DNA of 64,000 nt from Octopus sinensis (Eukaryota): the NCBI RefSeq assembly GCF_006345805.1, contig NC_043000.1, forward strand, positions 139,934,001-139,998,000. Reading direction: 5' to 3'. The translations under genes and the position numbers were made by a program. Each line of letters starts with the position of its first letter. Positions within the stretch are counted from its first letter, which is position 1. Positions 11,620 to 25,345 of the stretch are shown piece by piece. The notes beneath the pieces were generated by a model, which was not told the origin of the DNA, made no database searches, and was given only the letters and a program-made list of their open reading frames with translations.

Positions 11620-12484
11620 AATGCACAATGCACTCTATCCTGATTGTAAAACTGGCCGGCCGACCGACTGATCGACCGACCGATACTACCTACTAGGAAA
11701 GGAAGGTGGCGTGGGATTACTAAATGTAGAAAACATTGATGATAATGAAATACTGGGTCTGCAAAAATTATGCAGAGTAAGAAACGAATATTATTGGCAG
11801 CTATAGATACCCAAAAAGGGAATAAAACAGTATAATTCAAAGATAAAAGAAAGAACAAGAGATTACACAAATGAAAAGAAATAGAATTACATGACCAACC
11901 CATGCAGCAAACTGAAAATCTTTCAAGTAAAGATCGCTAGCTCTAGTTAATGGACGGCAACTTAAAACGAGACAAAAACGCTAATTATAGCCGCTTGGGA
12001 AGAAACTCCTAGAACAAAGCCGTTAAAGAAAAGGTCAACGAACCTCAATCAGACAGCAGATGTAGAATTTGTTGGAAAGGAGATGAAATTATCAATCACA
12101 TTTTGAGTGAGTGCAGTATACTGGTACAAAAGGTGAATAACCAGACACGACTGTATAGGCAAAGAGTGCATTGGGATGTTAACCGAGTGAGTGGATTCAA
12201 AAGAATGGAAAGTGGAATGAACATAAACCAGAGGCTGTGATAGAAAATGAAAATTACAAGAACTTAAGGGGCCTCCCCATAGATACTGACCATAATATAG
12301 AAGCAAAAAAAAAAACATAGGCGCAGGAGTGGCTGTGTGGTAAGTAGCTGGTTTGCCAGCCACATGGTTCCGGGTTCAGTCCCACTGCGTGGCACCTTAG
12401 GCAAGTGTCTTCTACTATAGCCTCGGGCCGACCAAAGACTTGTGAGTGGATTTGGTAGATGGAAACTGAAAGAAGCCCGTCGTA

Positions 12485-12515
<31 letters not shown>

Positions 12516-13100
12516 GCGTGTGTGTGTTTGTGTGTCTGTGTTTGTTCCCCTAGCATTTGGTGTGTTTATGTCCCCCTTACTTAGCGGTTCGGCAAAACAG
12601 ACAGATAGAATAAGTACTGGGCTTACAAAAGAATAAGTCCCGGGGTCAAGTTGCTCGATTAAAGGTGGAAGGCGGTGCTCCAGTATGGCCGCAGTCAAAT
12701 GACTGAAACAAGTAAAAGAGTAAAAGAGTATATGATTACACAGAAAAATTTTAACTAATTGTAAGATCATAGATAAGTGAAATTCCCTATGGTAACAGGG
12801 TCAGTACCAAAGAAATTGAAAAAAAAATAATTAAGAAATATCAAGATCTAGCCAGAATGTTGAGGAGTCTGTGGAAGACCAAGACAAAAATTATTCCTGT
12901 AGTAACCGGTGCACTTGATACCACACTCAAAATGCTACATAAAAGGCTGAAAGAAACTGGAATTGGAACTAGCATTGTCGTGTAGCAGAAGGGTGACATC
13001 CTATATTTAGCAAAAATTCTAAGAAAGATTTGTGAGATTTGAGGAGACTTGTCACCGAAACTTAAGGTAAAATACCTACTAACTAAATTAGCATGTACAT
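11620..13100 (+). mobile_element. R4/Dong-type LINE 3' fragment interrupted by a SINE
   Basis: Frameshifted remnants: GRGLL, CRICWKGDEIINHILSECSIL, and IIPVVTGAL after the SINE. Confidence 0.75.
12320..12728 (+). mobile_element. tRNA-derived SINE family A
   Basis: Head ggcgcaggagtggctgtgtggtaag...ggttcagtccc, internal (TA)n/(TG)n, tail gactgaaacaagtaaaagag; many copies in the window. Confidence 0.92.
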
Positions 13101-13404
13101 GCAAAATAACAACAACAACAACAATAATAATAATGATGATAATGATGATGTTGATAATAATAATAATATGTTATAGGATTGAGGTAACTCCTCCAATAGG
13201 TATACAGGAGCAAAAAAAAATGGCATTCTTTTTTTTTATTATTTTGCTTCCGTATACCTACTGGGGGAGTTACCTCAATCCTATAAAAATATTACCAAAA
13301 ATGAAGTAGATTGACAATTTTATTTTTTGAACCTGTGGAAGGTACGCTGGATGCTGAAATATCGTTCACTTGAAAACAATGGCACTCATATTCTTTTTTT
13401 TTGC

Positions 13405-13461
<57 letters not shown>

Positions 13462-13493
13462 TGATGATGATGATGATGATGATAATAACAAAA

Positions 13494-14058
13494 GATGCCC
13501 AGGTGCAGTACCAAGCAGTGGCTCTCATGGCTTCTGATCTTAAATGATTGGAAGTGTTATCATGTACATTGGTTCCTCTTGGTATAAAAGATTAGCGACA
13601 GCAAATATTCTGCTCAGTACAACAGATTTGCTTGTCAGTTGTTTGACCTTCACTAGTTTTGCATTTGCATGTCACTTAGTGGCTGACGACATGTGCATCT
13701 CTGGTCACGAGCAGAAGCAGTGGAGGAGCATCATAGCCATGTATTGAGAGGGGTTCTTTGGGGCTTGAATAATTCACCTCTGGAAACATGGATGTTTTGT
13801 TTAACATCCTTAAACAAGCCTTATTCAAGGACCTTTTGAGCGGGATGGGTTACTCGACCAGAAGGAAATTCTAACTGGGCCCCACCTGCAAGGTCATGTG
13901 CTGTTTATCTTGATATGAAATCACCATGTGGCGCACATATGTTTTTTTTATGCATGTGCCTAGTGTACCCTTATCAGACGGGTAGTCATGATGGATATAC
14001 TGGGCTTCGTATATTTTACCCCAGTATCACTTTGATGGCCTGCACTGCTCTCTCACTC

Positions 14059-14060
<2 letters not shown>
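13494..14060 (+). mobile_element. 560-bp non-coding (TAA)n-resident element
   Basis: End-to-end homology with 54203-54751 and 57183-57729; ends ...ctctctcactc(AAT)n. Confidence 0.85.
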
Positions 14061-14136
<76 letters not shown>

Positions 14137-14140
14137 AATA

Positions 14141-14268
<128 letters not shown>

Positions 14269-14372
14269 AAGAAGAAGAAGAAGGAGAGGAGGCGGAGGTA
14301 GAGGTAGGGGTCTGGAGAGGAAAAGCGACCATTTACAGGATTGAAAGATAATTTCAAGAAATATACGGAGAA

Positions 14373-14851
14373 TTGAAAGATTTTAAACAAAAGAAATAGT
14401 CAAAAAGGTTTCTTAGTCCCTGGTTTTATTGACCCATCACCTTTATATAAGAAAAATTCAATTGTGTTTATTGGAGTGTGAAGAATTTTAATGCGTATGT
14501 ATTTCATAGCCTGTTTTCTTGGCTGAAATTGAATATAAAGTTGAAAATAGAATGTATCCTATGTTCTGAGTAATTGTTTGTTTTAAAAAGAGTAGTGTGA
14601 AGGTGAGGGAGTAGGCTGTGTGCATGTACTAATGTGTATCTATTCATATACATACATACACTTACGCACATGCGGGTATCTGTGCAATTGTATACATGTG
14701 ATAAATACGTATATGTATATCATGTCTATACACACACATATGTATATATATATATATATATATAGATAGATAGATAGATAGATATAGATATAGATATAGG
14801 GATAAATACATATATGTATATCATATCTATACACACACATATGTATACATA

Positions 14852-14919
<68 letters not shown>

Positions 14920-15250
14920 AAAATACACACATATATGCACACGTATACGTATGTGTATGTGTGCGTACCTTAAAAACGAAGTCTATTCTTCTTCAGCTGA
15001 TAAGCAACAAGCCTCCCACACAACCCTACACCCATTCCTTTAGAATAAGTATTTAATCAGAACGTAGGACACATGCTATTTTCAACTTTATATTCAACTT
15101 CAGCCAAGAAAACAAGCCATAAAATATATGCACATTAAAATTCTTCATACCCCAATAAACACAATTGACTTTTACTTATAAAGCTACTGGTTCAATAGAA
15201 TCAAAAACTAAAAGATCTATTTCACTATTTCTTTTGTTTGAAAGTTTCAA
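14373..15250. repeat. Foldback/MITE-like element with ~195-bp imperfect TIRs
   Basis: 14373-14570 pairs with 15057-15250 around a microsatellite-rich interior. Confidence 0.75.
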
Positions 15251-15628
15251 GATACTCTTCTTTTCCGTTTCCCCTTCATTCATTCTTTCAATTTTTCTTT
15301 ACTTTTTTCCTCCATTTCTGCTTATAATCCCACTTTACCTGCTTCTTTTACCATTTCCTTTTCTTTGTGTTTTCTTCGTCGTGTTCATCTTTTTCTCCTT
15401 CTTATCATTCTCTGTCTTTATTTTGTTTGTTTGTTGCTTTTGCTGTCTTCACGTTATAGGAATATGTAGCCAATACGCCTCTCCTATGTTGTTTGCAGCC
15501 GGCTGATCCAAACTGACTGATCAATGTCTATATATATAAGCCTTCTAGTACATAAAAGTGAAATAGAGATTCCTGGTAACGACTCACACAAAACTCGTCT
15601 TTGAATATATATATATATATATATATAA

Positions 15629-15829
15629 TGTGACCGTGTGTGTACCGTTAGCGATTTTTTTCCTCCGTCTTCCCTTCTCTGGATCTTTCCTTTTCCTATG
15701 TTTCTGATGAAGAGCTCCGCTCGAAACGTAAAATCTTCCCTTCCTTCCTGAGCGTCCAATAATACTATATTTGTTCCATGTCCTCGCGTTGTTGTGTTTT
15801 CTCTTTGTATTTTCATGTTTGGATTAACC
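15629..15829 (+). mobile_element. Penelope-like terminal repeat with minimal hammerhead (15701-15733)
   Basis: TTT-CTGATGA-A-GAGCtccGCTC-GAAAC-GTA-AAA; (TA)n on both sides; twin at 29520-29725. Confidence 0.85.
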
Positions 15830-16107
15830 ATATATATATGTATATATATATATATATTAGTGTATACTTTTATTCTTTTACTTGTTTCAGTCATTTGACT
15901 ACGACCATGCTGGAGCACAGCCTTGAAGGGTTTTTAGTCAAACAAATCGATCCCAAGGCTTAATTTTTCAAAGCCCAGTACATATTCTATTCGTCTCTTT
16001 TTGCCGATCCGTTAAATACGAGAAACTAAACACACCAACACCGGTTGTCAAGCAATGATGGGGAACAAATAGAGACAAAGACACAGACACACATACACAC
16101 ACACATA

Positions 16108-16960
16108 CAGGGTGCAATGGGTAAATTGTAACCAGTTTATATTTTTAATTTCGCGCACGCGCATAGTTTATTTTTGATTTTGTCGACTACACAGAATAGT
16201 AGGATCAGTTAGGCACTGTCTGTAAAAAAAAAAAGATAGCACCATGATGCAATTCTCTCTGCCAGAAATTTTGAAACGACATGCTGTACTGCTTGAAATA
16301 GGAACATTTCAGAGTGTTTGGGTGTCAATCTGAGGTCAGTGCAGAGGATTCGGAAAGAGTTGGAAAAGTCTATCTGTGATTACGATAACTCACTCTGATT
16401 CTTCTGATAATAAAAGAACTCTTGAAATTGTTGGTGAGCTCCAGGCCATAATTGACAACGATCCCTCCAAGTCAATCAGAACCATAGCCAGACACATGCG
16501 AGTGTCTGAGTTTCTTATCAGGCAGGTAGTACATGACGATATTCGGTATTCTTCATACAAAATGAGAGGGGGCCAATTTTTATCCTAAGCCATCAAGGAC
16601 AAAAGGAAAGGCCATGCTACGAAGCTTTAGAACAAACACAATCATCCCCTCCAATCGAACATGCTTTGGCTTTTCTCAGACGAGAAACATTTCTGCTAGG
16701 ATCAGATGGTGGACACACAGAACAGCCGTTGGTTTGCCATGTCCCCAAAACATGTACCGAGAGTGATAAAAATCAAATATCCAGTCAGCATCATGGTGTT
16801 TGGAGTGATCACTAGTGATGGCGACGTTATGCCTCCATCTTCCCACACGGCCTCAGACTCAATACAGAGGCTTACACCAAGTGCTTGGAGGAGATAGTGC
16901 TGCCCTGGGCGAAAAGGGTGGCTGCTGGAAGACTATGTCTGGCAAGAACCCAGTCATGTC
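16108..16960 (+). mobile_element. Tc1/mariner-superfamily transposon remnant
   Basis: TA-CAGGGTG start; DPSKSIRTIARHM helix-turn-helix, FSDEK and SIMVFGVITSDG motifs; 3' truncated. Confidence 0.8.
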
Positions 16961-16986
16961 GCTTACATATCCTGAAGGGACAAATC

Positions 16987-17126
16987 TATTTCTTTTACTA
17001 CCCACAAGGGGCTAAACACAGAGGGGACAAACAAGGACAGACAAACGGATTAAGTCGATTATATCGACCCCAGTGTGAAACTGGTACTTATTTAATCGAC
17101 CCCGAAAGGATGAAAGGCAAAGTTGA
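16987..17126 (-). mobile_element. SINE family B fragment
   Basis: cacaaggggctaaacacagagggg...cgaaaggatgaaaggcaaagt. Confidence 0.85.
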
Positions 17127-17338
17127 CAAATCATCAAGGCACAGTTTAAGGAAGGTGAAGAACAGGAAGGCAAAAATATTCCTAGTCCCTAAAACATGAA
17201 AATCTGGACAGGCTTCAAAACCGCAGTACGCCTGCGTGTTACAAAGGGCAAAGAGGAGGAATGGTTGCTAACACTCAGGGCATCTATTGTGACACTACAT
17301 CATCAAGGATGAAGATGTTGACTGATAAACATCGTGTA

Positions 17339-17370
<32 letters not shown>

Positions 17371-17614
17371 CGCGTACGCGTATGTATCAAGCGTGGTGAT
17401 TATTATTATTTATTTTTGGGATGCTTCTATTTACTCATTTGACCAGTATAATCAGTTTATTACTAAATCCCAAAGGTAACAGGTAAAGACTATATGTGTG
17501 CGTGAAATGCATACACACACACAGGCACACGCATATATGTATATATGTATATATATATATATATTGTGTGTGTGTGTGTCTGTGTGTGTGTGAGAGTCTG
17601 TGTGTGTGTATGTA

Positions 17615-17664
<50 letters not shown>

Positions 17665-17747
17665 ATAATATATATGTATGTATATATATGTATATATGTA
17701 TATATATATATGTATGTATATATATATATATGTATATATGTATATAT

Positions 17748-17792
<45 letters not shown>

Positions 17793-17813
17793 ATATACAT
17801 ATATATATGTATA

Positions 17814-17892
<79 letters not shown>

Positions 17893-19869
17893 GTTATTCA
17901 TTCACTTCCAACCAATCAACTCGATGTTTTTATGGTAATCGATTTTTTTGTATGAAGTTGCTGTTGTTGATTTTTTTAATGTTTGTTTTATTGCGATTAT
18001 AACCACAGTGTCCGTTGGTTTATAATTAACATTCTAATAGATTCTTTAGATTGTTTGCAATTTCACGGTGATGTTGATGATGTGGCATTGAAGAAAATAC
18101 TATCTATACACATCTTCAAAACGACCAATTTTCTATGGTTGTGATGTTAACAAGCAGGAAAATCCATTCACATCCGTTATTTATCTTGTTGTAATCTTTT
18201 AACCTCGCATCAACATGATGATGAAACAACATTCAAGCCGTTAGTACAGAATACTTCGTCTTATGAAATATTATATCCGGAAGAATCATATACACTATTT
18301 TCTTCTTGAAAGTGGTAAGATGTTTCATCGCGAAGATATTACTGTTATTTTAAACCCTTATCTCACAGAAATTATATTCAACGTCTGCGTACATGAATTG
18401 AAATTTCAAGGAAATTATTTCAACATCGCCAATCTTCGTAGCAAAGGCTCAAATGCTAAGATATATTGAAGAGATAAAAAAGGGTCACTCTAGTAGAACA
18501 AGCGCGCGATGCCTAATGGATGTGATAGGTGTTTGTTTAATTAGACCAACAAAAATATATCGTTGTACATGGTAGCAAGTCTGTCTTTAAAGAAGCGGAT
18601 GATACCTGCTGTTTTATCAATTTGCTGCAGATCAATCTTTGAAGAATTGAGAAAGAGGAAACTTTTCCCTATTCAACAAGTATTATTGCTCTTGTTTGCG
18701 TTTAGTTGTTGCTAATGATGTAGTTGTAGGTGACTTTGCTATTGATGATTTTGCTTGAGTTGTTCCAGATTTTTCCTTTATTTCCAGCTTACGGGAGAAG
18801 ATGATCCTCAAGGGATTAGCAGCTGCATCCCTATCATTGTATTATTGCTGGGGCAGTGAAGATAGTGCTCACTTAACTGAACTGGTAACGACGGGAAGCA
18901 CTCATTAATTTAAATCCCTTTCAGAAAGTGCAGAACTGGTCAAAGGGTTTCTTTCGTAGACTGCTATGCCTGTTGTTACACAGACAATACTAATAAAAGA
19001 CGTTATCTTTGCTGTTCCCTATTTGACGTATATTTGACATTTATTTAGAAACAAGCATTTTTTGGATCAGGTAAAGACGCTCGTTATTCAGGCCAAACGT
19101 AGGATGATTCTATTCAGAGTTGTTTGATCACTCCTGAAGAGGCAATATGACTTTTGGACGGCCGATAACGGTAAAAGTAAATAAATTTTGAAAAGAGATT
19201 TAAGTTTGGACATCATAAATATCCTATGCTACAAGGTGCGTAGCCTAGTGCTTGAAGATCTTATTTGTAGACAAAGCGGTAGGTTGTAGGTAAACAAGGC
19301 GCTCCACTGTACACTGTTCTAGCCGAAGTAGGTGAAACATGAGCACCATCCTAGCGCTAGTGAAGATCTTGGTTTGTACAGCTGTTACATGCATGATGTT
19401 TCGCAGAGTTCAAAGAGTAGGATGGCCGAGTGTGTGTCTAGATTTACTCCAGCCTATTAAACCCCACAAACAATTAACGAAAGTATGGAACATGCTAACA
19501 GATCTTACACACTTGTGATTGACGGTTATGTTTTGTAGATACCTCAAGAGAACTTAATTGTGATATAAAATAATAAATGCAGGAGTATGTATATACGACT
19601 TCGTGTACATGATTAAGGAATGTAACGCCATCTTACGTGTTTGCAAGTGAGGGTGATTTCTATGACAAAAGGTCTCAAATGATAAATAACGGGCGAAGTT
19701 GGACTGTCCATTTGTAAAAAAAACACACATACAAATGCATATTCATACGTACAAGAATACGAACGCGTACAAAGATGCACACATACAAATATATGCATGC
19801 ATATTTACATGGGTGTGTGTGTGTTCGCGTATTTCTATCTGTGTGAGTGTGTCTGTGTATTTTATTTAT

Positions 19870-20136
19870 GCGCCCTTTTCAAGCCTGTGGCGTATGTGTT
19901 TCCCCCAGCTGGACGGGACGCCAGTCCATCGCAGCGTTACTCAAGAAACAGGAAGAAGGAGTGAGTAAGTTGGGGCGAAAGAGTACAACAGTGGTCGCCA
20001 CCACCCCCTGCTGGAGCCTCGTGAAGCTTTAGATGTTTTCGCTCAATAAACATACACAACTCCCGGTCTGGGAATCGAAACCGCGATCCTTCGACCGCGA
20101 GTCCGCTGCTCTAGCCACTGGGCCATTGTGCCTCCA
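19870..20136 (-). mobile_element. SINE family C
   Basis: tRNA-like head at 20060-20136, homologous to 5248-5340. Confidence 0.85.
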
Positions 20137-21407
20137 CATTGCGTCTGTGTATTGTAGAAGTAATATTAACGTTTATTTACAATTTACATGGGAAATTCCT
20201 AAAAGTGGTTGATAGTCACTTGTAGAATATCAGGGTACCCAACAGCCCAAGACCATTGTTATACATCCTGGCTGCAACATTCAAGACGAAACAGAAAGGT
20301 TAACACTTTCGTCCGAATTATATTTGCTATATTAATTAATTCCGCAAAAGATTTACTTGAGAGCAACATTTCTCTCTCTCTCACCCTTTAACTTTTTTAC
20401 TTCAGGGACTAATCGGAGTTGATGAAATATTTCCAGATTAGAAAAGCTCAGTTTTCACTTTTTGCAAGCTCGTCTACTTTTCTCTCTTTTAAGCCATAAC
20501 AACCAATAAGACGAAAACAACCAGCCTCATTTTTAGAGCAAACACTTTTTTGCTAATTGCTCTAGATATGACGATCTGCAATTTCTTCAGAAAATACTAT
20601 AAAATTTCACTTATATTGACTCAAAGTATTAACAAAGTAAACAATTTCTAGATTTAACAGACAAAAATAATCAATTTGTGTCTTTTTCCTATTGCAATCT
20701 TCAAAACTCTTAATTATCATGCTTAGTATTTATCTTCTAAGCTGTATTCCCACGTTACAATAGACAGCTGTTTTGAGGCTTATCCATTTAATCAGACAGT
20801 CATTAAATATACCGAGTTTAAGAGAGAGATGAAATTAGAAGTAAATTAATAACGATTTTTATTACGATCTTCATTAAAACAGAATTTAAATTTGCAGATA
20901 CAAGAAGTAGCAACAAATCAGGTGAGATAGAAAGAGAAAGAGAAAGAGTAAGAGAAAGCAAAAGATAGAGAGAAAGAGAGATGGGGGAGAGAAATGAAGC
21001 AAAGAATGGGATGCCGACTAATGAAGGTTTGTCGTAACAATTGAAAATCATAAACGTCTCGACGAAACTAATTAGAAGAAAACACATTGAATCATAACAT
21101 ATATTTAATGATCACACAATAGACATGTACTTCTATAATTTCATCAGTCTTGTGGCAAATAATGAAATTATTATTGTTTTTATTATTTACGTTGTTGCCG
21201 CTTTGTTTTATATGAACTGCTGCGAGTCTCACTCGAGATTTCAAGTAACTAAGTTGGACGTTTTCCTACGGGTATTATTAATAACTGACAGAGGCACCCG
21301 GCGTTGCTCGGGATGGAAATTGTTCCTTATATATTAGAAGAAAAAAGCAAAATATGTTGTATAGAAATTCTTCAAATGGGATACATGATGAAATCAATTC
21401 TGAATTC

Positions 21408-21467
<60 letters not shown>

Positions 21468-21473
21468 GTGATG

Positions 21474-21507
<34 letters not shown>

Positions 21508-21518
21508 GAATAATAATA

Positions 21519-21589
<71 letters not shown>

Positions 21590-21599
21590 AAGAAGAAAC

Positions 21600-23023
21600 A
21601 AGCACAGGAAAAAAAAAAGCTAGGCGCATGAAAACCCGTGCCAAAACTGCGGCCTTAGATATTCTGAATAATAAATGGCAAGAAAAACCTCTCTATGGCA
21701 AATACCCAAAGAGAGCGAATAATGCAGATATCGACAAAGCCCTGACCCATCAATGGCTAATGGCCTCTGGCTTAAAATCTGAAACAGAGGGGTTTATCAT
21801 AGCAGCTCAAGATCAATGCCTACCAACAAGAAACTACCAGGCCAACATATTAAAGATCAGAAGCAGTCCAACGTGTCGTGTATGCAAGCAACAAAATGAA
21901 ACCATTGACCATGTGGTCTCCAAGCGCAGTCTTCTAGCGCCTACAGAGTATCTCAACAGGCACGATAGAGCTGCACAATATATTCACTGGGTAATCTGTA
22001 AAAACCTGGATTTGCCCCATGAAAAAAACTGGTGGGAACACAAACCACCCCCAGTGCTTGAAAATGACCACATCTCACTCCTCTGGAACTTCACCATTCA
22101 AACTGACAGGAAGATAGATGCAAATAGGCCAGACATCATATTGAAAGACTTCAAACAAAGAACATGCCTCCTCATTGATATGACTGTCCCAATCGATATA
22201 AACGTATCTGTCAGGACCTACCAAAAACTGAGCAAATATAAAGATCTTGAAATAGAAATCAGCAAAATGTGGAAGCTGAAGACTAAAACAATACCTGTTG
22301 TCATAGGTGCCCTGGGAATGATAGCGAAAGGGGCTGATTGCTACCTAACTCAGATACCAGGAAACCCAAAAATGGCAGAAGTTCAAAAGATAGTGCTCAT
22401 GGGAACTGCTCATATCCTACGCAAAATACTCTCTATGTAACCTCAAGGTTTAAAACAACCATAATTTTCGGTTTAAAAAAAAAAAAAAAAAAACTTTTTT
22501 TTTTTTTTAGACATTCATTAGTACAACATCCCCACCCCCCAAATATATGGCACACTAGGCATAACAACAACATGAACTTCCAACCCTGTTGTCTCTTGAG
22601 GTCTCTGGGTGAGACTTGGAGCCAACTTGTACAAATATAAAGCAAAAGTCAAATATAGAATAATAATAGAAATCAGCAAAATGTGGAAGCTGAAGACTAA
22701 AACAATACCTGTTGTCATAGGTGCCCTGGGAATGATAGCGAAAGGGACAGATACCAGGAAACCCCAAAATGGCAGAAATTCAAAAGATAGTGCTCATGGG
22801 AACTGCTCATATCCTACGCAAAATACTCTCTATGTAATCCCAAGGTTTAAAACAAACCTTTTTTTTATGTATTAGACATTCACTTGTACAACACCAAAAA
22901 AGCCCAAATATATGGCACACTAGGCTTAACAACAACGTGAACTTCCAACCTGTTGTCTCTTGAGGTCTCTGGGTGAGACTTGGAGCCAACTTGTACAGAC
23001 ATAAAGCAAAAGTCAAACATAGA

Positions 23024-23025
<2 letters not shown>
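21600..23025 (+). mobile_element. R4/Dong-type LINE with tandemly repeated 3' end
   Basis: 22254-22660 recurs at 22667-23025; flanked by (TAA)n/(GAA)n. Confidence 0.9.
21628..22440 (+). CDS. C-terminal part of R4/Dong-type LINE ORF (CCHC-like finger, RHD, PD-(D/E)xK restriction-like endonuclease), 5' truncated
   Basis: CRVC...ETIDHVVS, RHD, NRPDII, LIDMTVP, KLSKYKDL and PVVIGALG motifs; open for 270 aa. Confidence 0.9.
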   Translation: MKTRAKTAALDILNNKWQEKPLYGKYPKRANNADIDKALTHQWLMASGLKSETEGFIIAAQDQCLPTRNYQANILKIRSSPTCRVCKQQNETIDHVVSKRSLLAPTEYLNRHDRAAQYIHWVICKNLDLPHEKNWWEHKPPPVLENDHISLLWNFTIQTDRKIDANRPDIILKDFKQRTCLLIDMTVPIDINVSVRTYQKLSKYKDLEIEISKMWKLKTKTIPVVIGALGMIAKGADCYLTQIPGNPKMAEVQKIVLMGTAHILRKILSM

Positions 23026-23082
<57 letters not shown>

Positions 23083-23262
23083 CCTTTCTTCTATAGGCAC
23101 AGGGCCTGCAATTTGAGAGGAGTGGGGCCCAGTCGATTACATCGACCCTAGTACTGAACTTGTACTTGTTTTATTGACTCCGAAAGGATGAAAGGCAAAG
23201 TCGACCCCAGCGGAATTTGAACTCAGAATATAGCGACAGACGAAATACCGCTAAACATTCCG
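23083..23262 (-). mobile_element. SINE family B
   Basis: Shared core cgaaaggatgaaaggcaaagtcgacc...gaatttgaactcagaa. Confidence 0.85.
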
Positions 23263-23282
23263 TCCCAACAACAACAATAATA

Positions 23283-24560
23283 TTAGGTTGTCAAAAAAGT
23301 TCTTGCGGAATTTTTAATTTTGGTTTAAAATGTTGTATTTTCAAATTAATTTTCGTTAATTTACTTTGACTTTATATATCGTTTTAAATCCCGTTTTTCA
23401 CTCTATGTAATTGTGTTACTCTTTTTCTTTTTGAATAATTAAGCCATTTTTTCCGGAACGTTGAATACAACATGGACAAAAAGCAATTTGCCCAATTTTC
23501 TTAATCCAGTTCAAGCTAGGCCGAAAAGCTGCTGAAACAGCTCGCGATATCAACGATGCGTTTGGCCCAGAAAACACTAATGAACGTACAGCACAATGGT
23601 GGTTCAAGAAATTTCGTAGCGGGGACGAGTGTCTTGAAGAGGATAAGCGTAGCGTTCGGCCATCGGATGCTGACAGCGATCAACTAAGAGACTTAGTCGA
23701 AGCCAACTGTTCGAGTTTGCTTCTGAATTAGATGTAACGTATACAATTTCCAACCACTTGAAAGAGATTGGGAAAACAAAAATACTTGAGAAATGAGTGT
23801 CGCACGAATTGAACAACAACCCCCCCCCCAAAAAAAAAATCACTGTTTTGAAGTGTTGTCTTCCCTTCTTGTACGCAACAAGAATGACCCGTTTCTCGAC
23901 TGGATTGTGATTTGCGATGACAAGTAGATTCTTTACGACAACCGACGACGCTCAGCTCAGTGGTTGTACGCCGACGAAGCTTCACGCCACTTCCCGAAGC
24001 CAAAGTTGCACCAAAAGAAGGTCATGGTGGCTGTTTGATGGCCTGCGGCCGGTCTCATCCATCAGAGCTTTTTGGATCCAGGCGAAACCATTACGGCGGA
24101 GAGGTATTGTCAGCAAATGGAGGAAATGCATAAGAAACTCCGACAACAACAGCCAGCATTGGCCAATAGAAAAGGACCAATTCTTCTCCACGACAACACT
24201 CAGCCGCACGTCACACAACTGGCCCTACAGAAGTTGAACGAATTGGGCTACAAAACTCTGCATCGTCTGCCATACTCACCAGACCTATCGCCTACCGATT
24301 ACCACTTTTTCAAGCATCTTGACAACTTCCTGCGTGAGAAATGCTTCAAATACCAAGACGATGGCAAACACGCCTTCAATAACTTCATCGCCACCAGAAC
24401 GCAGGATTTTTACGTTACTGGCATAAATAAACTTGTTTCGGTGGCAAAAGTGTGTTGATTTTGATGGTCATTATTTCGATTAATAACGTTTTGTTTGAGC
24501 CGAAATGTGTGCATCTTAATTTAAAGGTTAAAAACCGCAAGAAGTTTCTTGACAACCTTA
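23283..24560 (+). mobile_element. Mariner transposon, full length, decayed
   Basis: TIRs TTAGGTTGTCAA / TTGACAACCTTA with flanking TA; LHDN, YSPDLSPTDY and ICDD motifs. Confidence 0.95.
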
Positions 24561-24570
24561 TAATAATGTA

Positions 24571-24720
24571 GAATACCTACAAAAATCAGCATTGGTGGGA
24601 GCGGCAAGAATTCTTCGCTGGGGTTCTTGAAGCATGACCAGTAAACAAGTGTCACCTTAGCCTACTGGCTGTGGACAGCTGATCTTTCCATCATACCCAG
24701 TAAAATAAGCTGTTAGTTTT
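24571..24720 (+). mobile_element. R4/Dong-type LINE extreme 3' fragment
   Basis: EYLQKSALVGAARILRWVLEA-stop, then a short UTR and (TAA)n. Confidence 0.7.
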
Positions 24721-24721
24721 C

Positions 24722-24724
<3 letters not shown>

Positions 24725-24763
<39 letters not shown>

Positions 24764-24833
24764 TAATAATAATAATAATAACAATAATAATAATAATAAT
24801 AATTATAATAATAATAATAACAATAACAATAAC

Positions 24834-24872
<39 letters not shown>

Positions 24873-24965
24873 TATAATAATAATAATAATAACAATAACA
24901 ATAACAATAATAATAATAATAATAATAATAATAATTATAATAATAATAATAACAATAACAATAAC

Positions 24966-25007
<42 letters not shown>

Positions 25008-25128
25008 TATAATAATAATAATAACAATAACAATAACAATAATAATAATAATAATAATAATAATAATTATAATAATAATAATAACAATAACAATAACAAT
25101 AATAATAATATAATAATAATAATAATAA
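24725..25128. repeat. (TAA)n with recurring CAA/TTA interruptions
   Basis: Directly visible higher-order pattern. Confidence 0.95.
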
Positions 25129-25129
25129 T

Positions 25130-25345
25130 TTATTTCTTTATTGCTCACAGGTGGCTAAACATAGAGGGGACAAACAAGGGGATTAAGTCGATTACATCGA
25201 CCCCAGTGCCTAACTGGTTCTTATTTAATCGACCCCGAAAGGATGACAGGAAAAGTCGGCGGAATTTGAACTTAGAACGTAACGGCAGCCGAAATACTGC
25301 TAAGCATTTCGCCCAGCGTGTTAACGTTTCTGCCTGAGCGTCGCC
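25130..25345 (-). mobile_element. SINE family B
   Basis: Homologous to 46671-46902. Confidence 0.85.

Noticed and set aside
19130-19178. CTGAAGA-GGC...GCC-GATAAC-GGTA hammerhead-like motif
   Set aside because: GAAA interrupted and stem I poor; possibly a decayed copy but not supportable.
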